Positions 13,301 through 23,235 of a DNA stretch of 64,000 nucleotides are shown here, piece by piece. Under the pieces are notes generated by a model that saw only the letters and a list, made by a program, of their open reading frames with translations, was not told where the DNA came from and ran no database searches. The stretch covers positions 248,001-312,000 of the forward strand of contig JAQGDQ010000062.1 in NCBI GenBank assembly GCA_030141605.1, given 5' to 3'. The DNA comes from Tubiluchus corallicola (lineage: Eukaryota; Animalia; Priapulida). Numbering within the stretch: position 1 is the first letter of the stretch; every line of letters starts with the position of its first letter. Both the position numbers and the translations under genes were made by a program.

Positions 13301-16300
13301 AACAAACAAGTCTCAGGAAGTGATAGTGTTTCGTATTAAAATAATTATAATTACCATTATTTTGATTTGACTATGGCTCAATTTGATTTGACTATGGCTC
13401 AATTTGATTTGACTATGGCTCAATTTGATTTGACTATGGCTGAATTTGATCTGACAAGCGCTCAATTTGATTTGACTATGGCTCAATTTGATCTGACTGG
13501 CTTAATTTGATTTGACTATGGCTCAATTTGATCTGACTGGCTTAATTTGACTTGACTATGGCTCAATTTGATCTGACTGGCTTAATTTGATTTGACTATG
13601 GCTCAATTTGATTTGACTATGGCTCAATTTGACTTGACTATGGCTCAATTTGATCTGACTGGCTTAATTTGACTTGACTATGGCTCAATTTGATCTGACT
13701 GGCTTAATTTGATTTGACTATGGCTCAATTTGATTTGACTATGGCTCAATTTGATCTGACTGGCTTAATTTGATTTGACTATGGCTCAATTTGATCTGAC
13801 TGGCTTAATTTGACTTGACTATGGCTCAATTTGATCTGACTGGCTTAATTTGATTTGACTATGGCTCAATTTGATTTGACTATGGCTCAATTTGACTTGA
13901 CTATGGCTCAATTTGATCTGACTGGCTTAATTTGACTTGACTATGGCTCAATTTGATCTGACTGGCTTAATTTGATTTGACTATGGCTCAATTTGATTTG
14001 ACTATGGCTCAATTTGATTTGACTATGGCTCAATTTGATTTGACTATGGCTCAATTTGATTTGACTGGCTCAATTTGATTTGACTATGGCTCAATTTGAC
14101 TTGACTATGACTCAACTTGATCTGACTGGCATAATTTGACTTGACTATGACTCAACATGAAATGGAGATGGTATAGAGAGAATACATTGTTTAAACCGTC
14201 CATTTAACTGCTTGCATGTTGTAACTATTATCTACTACAATTTTGAAACTGACCCAATGACTCAAGATAACCGACTTTACTATCACATTCGTTCAGCCAT
14301 TGCATATTATATAAGCTGCTGGTCATCCCTTTGCAGCAGTTACTTTGTAGCAGCATTTTAAGTGTGTGAAAGTTGTAACTGTATATTTTAGGTGCTGCCA
14401 TCTATTGATTAGTCACTTTAACATTTTACTAGTTAAACTCACCCTTAGTACAATTGCTCGGTCCAGTGAATATGCAAACTCACTGTATCTCACCTATTTT
14501 TACTGTAATGGGATATGTGAAGCCAAGTTTTTGCATAATTCTCTACCTATATATACTGGCTAGATTTCACTTCTAGCCACTGTCTCTCTGTCACGCTCTC
14601 AGTGCAGTGCAGTCGATCTACTTATGTGACTCTCTGTCGCGTTCTCAGTGCAGTGCAGTCGTGCTACACACTGTCTCTCTGTCACACTCTCAGTGCAGTG
14701 CAGCAGTCGTGATCTTCATTTTACTTGTGTATTTTACTGTGTATTTAGTATAATAAACGTGTTTCAGTTTTTGTGCAGATATGTAATATAGTGTTCATTC
14801 GTTTTCTACAAGTGTTCAACTTCAACCTCATACATGACTTTCACAAAGTGTTTTTAGTTATTTTTTAAGGTGGTTTTTAAATTGTCACGAAACTTTGACC
14901 TTGAATCAATACTCTTGCATTGTCACCTTACCACCCCAGTTAGCTACAGTCAGACATGTCTCGTGTATGAAGCAAAGGAAAGCTTCAGGTATTATTAAAG
15001 AAAGCAAAATTGCATTATTTTGCAGGACTGGAGAGAAAAATATTTGCACAAATGGCTTCCAAACTCGCTGGATGATTCAAATGAGTTGCCAGACGTAATG
15101 CAACAGGATGGCCAAGAGTTTCCCGAAGACAGATATCTGCTTCAGGTAGTTAGTCCGTTACTAAGAGTATACTAAGTACAGACAGGCCTATACACTTAAA
15201 TGGCAAAGCCACAGAACGTATTTTTAAAACTTTGTTATGCGTGGCTGCTAATCACTCATCAAAAAGTTTCTTACTTAATCAGTTTGTGCTCTGTTGGGAA
15301 AAAGTTAAAATATGTTTATATATATAAATAAGAGGCGATCAGAATCCTCAATTCCCTGATTAATAATCCGTTAGTGAAATTAATAATTTCTTTGTAATAA
15401 GAACATATGTGTATGAGCAAACACATAAATACTAAAATAAAATTCTTTTTTATTTGATTTGATTTAATTTAATTTTAAATGATGTAGTAAGGAAGAGTAA
15501 AAAAAATCAATATAAATCATGGCGTTGTTTTCAACTTAAATAACATTAATTACACAAAATCATTTACTATTTTTATTTATAGCTTTTTTTAATTTTGCTT
15601 ATTGTTTTTTATTAAGCCATGCCCGGACGTGTATTGGTTTCCGTTAACTACTGAGAAATTCTGCGATGACATTCTTGCTGAGGTGAGATTTTGGACATTG
15701 GTCAAACACAGCGTGTGAGAAAATATATAAACGAGCTGCAAGCAACCGATTGTAGGTCTAATAAAGCATTTTTATAGTTCCAGCAATTCATAATGATCGT
15801 GAAAAGGTCACAGGTTAAGCGTAGCAGACAACGCATTTGCGTACATTTGACAACACATCGCAACCCGTGCTGTTATAATAGTAACAGTTTCAATAGCTAG
15901 CTAGAACCTCACCTAGTTCATTTTTTTCTTTTTCCCAAGCAAGATCTTGCAAGTAAATCATTTTGCGTACAGACTAATGCATAATTAACTAAAGTCCGCG
16001 TAAAACAAATGAAGTCATTGAACTGATGAGGAAGACGGCTTTGCTTTACCTACATGTTTATTGACGTTTGTAGTTAAGACGCGTTGCTGTGGTATACTTA
16101 ATCTTGGACCTACAGCTACTGCTCGTGCGCACAACGAAACTGTGAAAAGGCTCATTAAAGCGAAATGAAATTTATGTAACGCAAGGCAAGGCAGGGCAAG
16201 TTAATTAACGTAACATAACGTAAAATAAAGTCGTTTGTTATTCATTTAACGTCATTAGCATTACATCTTGCACTTAATATATTATTTCATATCCTTTAAA

Positions 16301-19300
16301 TATAGCTATAGTATGACGTTTAGACTTGCCAAAAGAAATTGACAGGATTTATACGCTGCTATAAGTCTCATTTATTCTCATGCTGCGATGTTCTTTTATG
16401 CTTTTATAGTTATGAATATCGATTTTTTTATATCAAATAAAGACCAATTTAACCCGAGTTTCTAAATGCAATGCGACAAAAGGAAAATGATTTAAAAAAG
16501 TAGAGGTAAAATGTGCATAAACAAGTGGGCAGGTTTACTGGTTCACTGACCAGTTTACTAATTCATCTTTATGAACAATTACATGTTCTGTTACGTTACG
16601 TCATGTTACTTTGCGTTACGTTATATTATATCATATTAAGCATTTTAGTGAAAACCAATTTCTTTACACTTATTAGACCTAAGGCAATTTTTATCGTCAT
16701 TTGCGTTTCCTCTAGCGTTTTATCATCAAGGATATAGTCGAGTGGGCAAGGTGGTTGCTTAGCAACTGAAGTGAAGCAGCGCCAATTCCGGCCATTGAAT
16801 GTGGGTGATCGCTGGCTTAAATAGTTGCTGTGGAAAGTTTCAGTCTTCATACTAATTCTGGCTGTTTACCTGTTAATTGGCTAAGTTTACGAATGGCAAA
16901 TTAAGCAGGCTAAGGCAACCAATTGAGCATTGAGCTCTATACATACATTGTATGCAAAATGTTTCATTCTTCGCATTACACTAACAAGTGTGGCCGCAGG
17001 ATGTTTCGCCATGAAACACCTGGGCACAGGTAGTCTTGGCCACATAGGCAACTTGGACACTGCCTGTTTCGGACACAATGTATTTTGAGCAGATAAGTCA
17101 TTTGTATACGTAGGATGTTTAGCCACAAGAATTCGGTAGTTGTAAAAATAGGCCTTTTAGACATATTTCTCATTGCCCATTTTAGAATCATAAATGACGA
17201 ACAGTAACTTATCCTTTGGCTAATAAATCAATTTCAATCTTCACACGTTATGATAAAGTTCAGGGTCACATATATTATAGCACGATTGGATTTATAAATG
17301 TGCATAGCCTATATGTTTAGGCCCTCCGTTTGTTTGATAGCCTTAAGCCCATGAAACCTTTAATCCGTGTACTAAAAAAACCTACGCAACAAGCTGTCTA
17401 ACAACAACAACTGTTGTAACAAGCTGTCTAACAACAACAACTGTTGTAACAAGCTGTCTAACAACAACAACTGTTGTAGCAAGCTGTCTAACAACAACAA
17501 CAACTGTTGTAACAAGCTGTCTAACAACAACAACTGTTGTAGCAAGCTGTCTAACAACAACAACTGTTGCAACAAGCTGTCGAACCACAACAACTGTTGC
17601 AACAAGCTGTCTAACAACAACAACTGTTGCAACAAGTTGTCTAACAACAACAACTGTTGTAACAAGCTGTCTGACAACAACAACTGTTGCAACAAGCTGT
17701 CTAACAACAACAACTGTTGTAACAAGTTGTCTGACAACAACAACTGTTATAACAAGCTGTCTAAAAGTTGCAATGCTTTGTTCCTGAGCATATGGAACGG
17801 AGAATGTAGGTATCAATCAAAAATTCACCACGCTGGCTGAAAACCTTATATGTCAAACTGGCTAACGTAACTCGATTATAATTTTATTGTAGCTATTTTA
17901 TTGTTTTTACGTACGCTTTGTTTTTTGTATTATTTTTAAATTGCTGATGTTTTATTGTATATGATGCAACTGTGAATGAACTGTTTAGTGGGGCGGTGGG
18001 ATTGCATTGTGGTGTATATAACATTGTATTTTACTATTTTTTTGTATAATGCTGTCTTTCATTCTGTACATTTTTATATGCAGCTATGCAAAACTACTGT
18101 TTTATATGGAAGAAATTCTAAAATTCAGATAACAAATTACCAAACATCGTCATCATCTGATATTTATGATTTTTTAACGAAGTACAATGATTAAGTGCAT
18201 CTAAAAAGCTTTAATGTAAAACATGTGATGGGTTTACTATGCATACGCAGGTCAGTCGTAAAGAACGTGAAAGGGAATCTCTACAGTCACATGACATAAA
18301 CCTAAAGCAACTGGGATTAGATGAAATGTGGAAGTTCCTGCTGAAAGGTTACATAAGCGATATACAAAAGAGAGTTTACATTGGCTTTTCTCTACAGGTA
18401 AACCTCTAATTTACACATTAGAGACTTTTGTCTGCAGTTGTATGCACGAATCATTACAATTCTGGTAGGATTATTAAGATTCTGCATATTGTTGCAGAAT
18501 CTTCTTGAATCTCAACCGTTTTTTATTTTCCGCTACGACACCACCTGGAGTCATCAAACATCTCAGGGCAGACACCTAGGGCCGTTTTCGCTTCATTTTG
18601 ATTTTTTGCATGGTTCTTTTCTATTATCCGTTTCCTAGATTTTTATAAACCTGCATAATATAATCTGTTGCATGGATTTAGGTAAGTTTCTTTGCTTATT
18701 TTTGCTGATGCATTTGATAGCATGTATGTCATTGTTTCATAAACATGACTTTGCCTCTTCTACTTACGTTCACAGAGGAATCTTTCTAGAGTCATCTGTA
18801 TATCTTCGTCTTCGTGCAATTCCAAATCTTTGTTGTCTGTCGCGATGACGAACTATTCCCTGCAAAATGGAAATTATTTAATTTAAAGATTTAATAAACT
18901 AACAAAGTAATTACGAACAACGATTTCCTGTAAATTATTTAATTAAAGACCCATTCGACTTCTGTAACCTGCAAATCATACATGCCAATGTGGTTATTCC
19001 AAAACTTCACAACAATTCCTTGACTCGCGTTACCTGGTCCTTGAGAATTATACCTAGTCGTTCCACATATAGTCGTTCCCAATGTAAAGTGTAGAAAATA
19101 ATGCACATTAGCTCGGTTATCTAAGTTGTAAAAAGTAATGCACATTAGCACTAAATATCATAATATTTGCAACATTGAAACTGTTAAATCTATAACTTCA
19201 TTCGTAAACAATGCACATTAGCATCTGTAACTTCACAGATACTAAAACAAGCACTATTTAATTTATACATACTGAATCGACAACTCCACACATGCACTAA

Positions 19301-19441
19301 TCCTTGTTTTACGCCGACACGTGAAAACTTCAGCGATACACACGCACGCACGCACGCACTCACACTCGCACTCGCACTCGCACACGCACACGCACACGCA
19401 CACGCACACGCACACGCACACGCACACGCACACTCACACGC

Positions 19442-19490
<49 letters not shown>

Positions 19491-22400
19491 AATGCGCCCT
19501 CCATTTTGCAGGGCTATAACAGTTAACAGCATTTACATCTCATTTTTAACAATTTACAGTATAGTTATGCTAGCATCATTGTATTATCATTACCTTCCTA
19601 ATTTACATTGATATCAATTACCTAACATTAATTAATCCCGATAGGTTAGTGACAAAATAGACAACGATTAGCAATACTGTTAACAAGCAGGATAAGAACA
19701 ATGTGAGGGGCCTACAGATGAACTATTCAGGTAAAAGATTGTTAATGTATCAAACGTTAAATGCGATATTACATATAAAGATTTACGAATTTACCGCTAT
19801 GTACAAGATAAAAATTTGAAAGATTTTGCTGGCAATTATAATTTACATACGATCGTCATTGTCTAAATTTAAATTTGTACCACTGGATTTCGTGTACATC
19901 TATTGTTGATGTGTAAGGGCGGGGCTGTTCGCAATGTTTTTTTTTATTATTATTACTCAGTTTTTATTTCAGGCAAAACTGTCCCATATACAAATATTTA
20001 CATAATTACAGGTAAAACTAAGATAAAACTGACATGAAAATTACTACAAAATCGCTAAAATGGCCCTCAAACTTATACAAATTAAAAATTTGGAGATAAA
20101 AGTTCATTCCACAATTTGAACATATTCGATTCATATCGTACATCAAAATTCATAATATTAACAACATACACGATCTTTGAGAATTGCAGTCTATTTCTGT
20201 CTACAGTATTACTTATCTCTGTTAGATTACATGCAGATTTTCTACTCGTTTGGACAAACTGTGATAGTCGGAGAATCAGACTCGCTTTTAGTTTTTTTCT
20301 TTAGTAGGATGAGACTATATTTTACTTTAATGCGCTAAGGGTGCCTAGTTAACATTATGTGATTTTTATTAGCAATAGTTTATGTAGGTTGTTTTTTACG
20401 AGTTAATGTATTCTTTATTTACTTCAATGGTTGCCCATATTAGTGGGCCCTAATGCCATTAACAGTAGATTTTCCCAACTCAATGTTGTTAACACCATAA
20501 CCACCACCACCACCACCACCACCACCACCACCACCGCCGCCGCCGCCGCCGCCGCCGTCACCGCCACCAAAACCACCATCGACGAACGACGACGACGACA
20601 ACAACAGCAACAACAATAACAATAAGCAGAAGAAAGTAGTAGGTTAAACAACAGTGTAGAAAAAAGTCTTGCGATATATTACGGAAAATTCTTTCTTTTC
20701 AGGAGCCGAAGTTTGACAACAATTTTGTTGTTAGATACAGTATCGATGAGCAACCGTTTGTAAGCTTTCGTTCCGATTATACTCTCCACCTGGCTTTGAA
20801 TAATCACGGACAAGATTATAAGGTAACTTGCTTATACGACGCAATACTGCCTTTTTGCGTGCAGGGTTTGCATCGGCAGGAACGCTGTATAAAACTTGTA
20901 AATTTGAACTCCCGCGATGACCAGTAGGCGCAGCCAATTTGATGGTAGGTCGTTTGAAACAAGTTTAGATAACATTGCGCGAAGTTTGAAAAAATGATCT
21001 GAGCATTCGTAGCACACATGTTACTAACTAAGTAAATTTTTAAATTACTGTATCTTGTTAATAAGATTAAAAATACGTTTTTGGCTAGTGAGTATCTCAC
21101 CCTGGAGGGTGAGCCTGCGACATTTTACCAATTGGCACGAACATTTTAAATTAAAATTTCTAATATTCATAAATCCTTCCAGCAGGTAAGCGAAATGCTA
21201 AGTAATATAGATTTGCATGGAAAGTATTTTGTGACATAATTTAACATTGCCTTTTCTTCTCCCGATTTACGTTTGCGCAGGTGACGTCATGTACTGGCGC
21301 GTCGGGACAGCATTGCGGAAGATTTAAAATGAAAACAAACAAAAATCCTTTCAACGCGACTACGATATATGCATAAAATTCCTATAAAGCAATATAATTT
21401 TTTAAGGCGATTTTTCTCAAACCTACTTCACGTACCCCTTTTCTTGTCTTTTAAATTTGATTTCGTCAATTATATTGAAGGTGGTTTATATTGTTGCCAA
21501 TACCCAATATTGAAAATTATATTGTCAATTAATACTGAGCATATGTGTATGCTCCTTAAGATTACCACTTCCTTTTTGGTTCTTCTATATCACTGCAAAC
21601 AACGAGTAACATGAAGATTAAACGCCCTACAATTAAAAAAAAGGGAAAAAAAGAAACGCGCCGTTTCTGGCTGCCATTGCAGTATTTTACATACAGATGA
21701 AAACAAAGAAAAAAATCACGTGGAATTACTAATGCTGTACTAATTTTCTCTCTAGACTGAATGCGCCGTAACACGTAAAGACACTGCACTAAATGGATAC
21801 AATCACGTATACAGGGATACAGAAGCACAAAGTGATTGGCCACAATCACAGAATAATTGACACTATAGAAGCTATTAGTATATGTTTGTTAGAAACAGAC
21901 ACCATGCAAATAGCGTCATGGCTAATAAAGATGTAATAGGGGCAAATGATTTTACTTTTGTTTTTGCTTGTTGTGCTTCTGTGTTTTTTCAAGGGGCTTT
22001 TATTCATTTTAGTGTGATATCTTTATGTCACAGTAATTATACGTGGTTTTTTATCCTTGGCCTTCTACCTGAAGATAAACTGTAGTGGCAGTTTAAAATG
22101 TCGTATTTTTTCTTTGCAATTGCGAGATTTTTTAATTTCGTTGTTTCAATTCTTGTCGTCTAACATTTATTAATTCTGATGGTACATTTATCTGGTTATA
22201 TATATATATGTGTGTATGTATATGACATGTATATCAAGCGAAGTTCTCGAACTAGTGTCCTCTCCTTAAAGGTTTTATTTTTTGAAAAGGGGCAAAGGGG
22301 GAGGAGAACGCAGTCTAAAAACCTCTAAAAATTGCCATCGTCATCATCATCATCACCGGCAGTGGTATCGGTAACGTGGTGTGAGTTACGCGATGTCGTT

Positions 22401-22833
22401 GGTGTGTTTGGCATATCGTAATGGGTGTGGCATTGTATGGTGGCATGATATTAATGGTGTGGACTGAGTGGTGTGATGTGGGGGGTATGGCGTGGAGTGG
22501 TGTAGGTGGTGAGGTGCTGTAGGCTGTTATTATGGGTTTATGCGCAAAATTTTTTACCTAGTTGGGCTGGTTAAGAATTAATTTGCATCGTTGGCGTGAT
22601 AATGCTTGTGATTTGCGAGCGTTCTACATAGTGTTGTCTAGTTCATCATGTTGACACCAGTAAAATGATGTTATTTTTAGGGTGGAGGAGCCTATTTTAA
22701 ACGCTACAACTGTTCGGTAACAGAAATGCGTAAAGGTTGGGGTTTGATGCACCCAAGCACTTTTACTCACTACCACGAAGCACTCCAAATGGAGAACGGA
22801 ACGCAATATGTTGTGCTGTCTTTTGTCAGTTAA
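2882..22833 (+). CDS. PLOD: PLOD-family procollagen lysyl hydroxylase/glycosyltransferase (LH3-like); 17 exons visible, N-terminus upstream of window; LH domain apparently catalytically degenerate
   Basis: Phase-consistent GT-AG exons 2882-2999, 3816-3861, 4423-4532, 4826-4889, 5449-5546, 5723-5824, 6583-6714, 8431-8552, 8776-8877, 9891-10016, 10927-11065, 11626-11739, 15026-15145, 15617-15682, 18251-18397, 20703-20822, 22681-22833 give ~625 aa. PLOD signatures: [83 protein letters not shown]. Confidence 0.95.
3170..3610 (+). repeat. Dispersed repeat family B, copy 1
   Basis: TAGGCGCAGC..TAGGTCGTTTGAAACAAGTTTAGATA..AGCAGGTAAGCG shared with 20840-21280 (+) and ~34700-35150 (-). Confidence 0.8.
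3816..3861 (+). CDS. PLOD: PLOD exon (GT domain)
   Basis: [15 protein letters not shown](G); gtaaga donor. Confidence 0.92.
4423..4532 (+). CDS. PLOD: PLOD exon (GT domain, poly-Asp region)
   Basis: (G)[36 protein letters not shown]. Confidence 0.93.
4826..4889 (+). CDS. PLOD: PLOD exon
   Basis: [21 protein letters not shown], matching the LDH.S.IFQNLNG consensus. Confidence 0.9.
4985..5190. repeat. Degenerate (ATC/GTC)n microsatellite
   Basis: Direct reading. Confidence 0.85.
5449..5546 (+). CDS. PLOD: PLOD exon (HGNG motif)
   Basis: [32 protein letters not shown]. Confidence 0.93.
5723..5824 (+). CDS. PLOD: PLOD exon
   Basis: [34 protein letters not shown]. Confidence 0.93.
6583..6714 (+). 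CDS. PLOD: PLOD exon (accessory domain start)
   Basis: [44 protein letters not shown]. Confidence 0.92.
7640..8180 (+). repeat. Dispersed repeat family A, copy 2
   Basis: Diverged colinear match to ~700-1230. Confidence 0.8.
8431..8552 (+). CDS. PLOD: PLOD exon
   Basis: [40 protein letters not shown](L). Confidence 0.88.
8776..8877 (+). CDS. PLOD: PLOD exon
   Basis: [33 protein letters not shown](L). Confidence 0.9.
8995..9390. repeat. 39-bp minisatellite, ~10 copies
   Basis: Unit GATGTCAGAGTGGCTGGCTTAGGAGGGTGCTCTGAGGGT alternating with a variant unit. Confidence 0.92.
9891..10016 (+). CDS. PLOD: PLOD exon
   Basis: [41 protein letters not shown](R). Confidence 0.94.
10279..10412. repeat. 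Self-complementary compound microsatellite (CA/GCAC then GTGC/GT)
   Basis: Direct reading; orientation switches at ~10365. Confidence 0.9.
10927..11065 (+). CDS. PLOD: PLOD exon
   Basis: [46 protein letters not shown]. Confidence 0.94.
11200..11570 (-). mobile_element. LINE (L2/CR1/Jockey-like) 3' relic
   Basis: [15 protein letters not shown] matches the FFSNRVV..WN.LP C-terminal motif of LINE ORF2. Confidence 0.6.
11626..11739 (+). CDS. PLOD: PLOD exon
   Basis: [38 protein letters not shown]. Confidence 0.93.
13359..14157. repeat. Minisatellite of mixed 21-bp and 19-bp units
   Basis: TTTGATTTGACTATGGCTCAA and TTTGATCTGACTGGCTTAA. Confidence 0.95.
14365..14845 (+). mobile_element. Solo LTR
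   Basis: Termini TGTGAAAGT / ACTTTCACA form a perfect 9-bp inverted repeat; 5-bp TSD AAGTG on both sides; internal TATATA and AATAAA; three ~50-bp internal repeats. Confidence 0.8.
15026..15145 (+). CDS. PLOD: PLOD exon (with insertion)
   Basis: [40 protein letters not shown]. Confidence 0.88.
15617..15682 (+). CDS. PLOD: PLOD exon (LH domain start)
   Basis: [22 protein letters not shown]; donor gtgaga (3' end less certain). Confidence 0.88.
15790..16160 (+). repeat. Dispersed repeat family C, copy 1
   Basis: Colinear with 30305-30666 (CAGACAACGCATTTG, AGCTAGCTAGAA..CCTAGTTCATTTTTT, GACCTACAGC). Confidence 0.85.
17385..17765. repeat. 30-bp minisatellite, ~12 copies
   Basis: AACAAGCTGTCTAACAACAACAACTGTTGT. 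Confidence 0.95.
18251..18397 (+). CDS. PLOD: PLOD exon (LH domain)
   Basis: [49 protein letters not shown], resembling DIHMKQVG...W..LL..Y. Confidence 0.87.
19336..19482. repeat. Compound (CACG)/(CACGCA)/(CA) microsatellite
   Basis: Direct reading. Confidence 0.92.
20495..20625. repeat. Compound trinucleotide repeat (ACC)(GCC)(ACG)(ACA)
   Basis: Direct reading; intronic, just upstream of the exon at 20703. Confidence 0.9.
20703..20822 (+). CDS. PLOD: PLOD exon (Fe-binding HxD position, reads RSD)
   Basis: [40 protein letters not shown] vs canonical [31 protein letters not shown].DYE. Confidence 0.92.
20840..21280 (+). repeat. Dispersed repeat family B, copy 2
   Basis: Colinear with 3200-3600. 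Confidence 0.8.
22681..22833 (+). CDS. PLOD: PLOD terminal exon
   Basis: [50 protein letters not shown]-stop; AATAAA at ~22993. Confidence 0.95.
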   Translation, partial: GGGAYFKRYNCSVTEMRKGWGLMHPSTFTHYHEALQMENGTQYVVLSFVS

Positions 22834-22974
22834 TAGGAGGCCAAATTCTACCAACAAGATCGTCTGCCAGCTTATTTTTCCATGATATTTATCTGCCTTT
22901 ATTTTATACATGAGTAAAAAACACTGCATTTTTAGTGCATGATGTACTATTGTTAACGAAATTAAGTTTGTGTA

Positions 22975-23235
22975 AAATTCTGCAGTAATTTTAATAAAAG
23001 ATTTAATGCCGTTTATTAGCTTCAAAAACATTGTCTTATTGTCAGGAGCTTTCTGGCTTCTTCAACTGAACAGACCACAATGAAAACTGTTGTTGAACAA
23101 TGAACCATTTTTCTTCACTATAGTCTATTCAGCTGATGAAGCCTGTTAGTGTCAAAGCTCCTGTCAAACCTGTTTTTGAGACTAATAAAAAAGCATTCAG
23201 ATTTTTATCCATGTTAATAAAGCTGAAAATTAAAT
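22975..23235. mobile_element. Inverted pair of Penelope-like terminal repeats with a degenerate hammerhead core
   Basis: ~22990-23075 is the reverse complement of ~23122-23210; contains CTGATGAAGCC...AAAGCTCC. Confidence 0.5.

Noticed and set aside
17372-17840. Leu-, Val- or Asn/Cys-rich ORFs
   Set aside because: Translations of the 30-bp minisatellite in a PLOD intron.
18438-18638. Initially taken as the PLOD terminal exon, implying a truncated protein
   Set aside because: Much better canonical exons exist at 20703-20822 and 22681-22833; retained only as a possible minor isoform.
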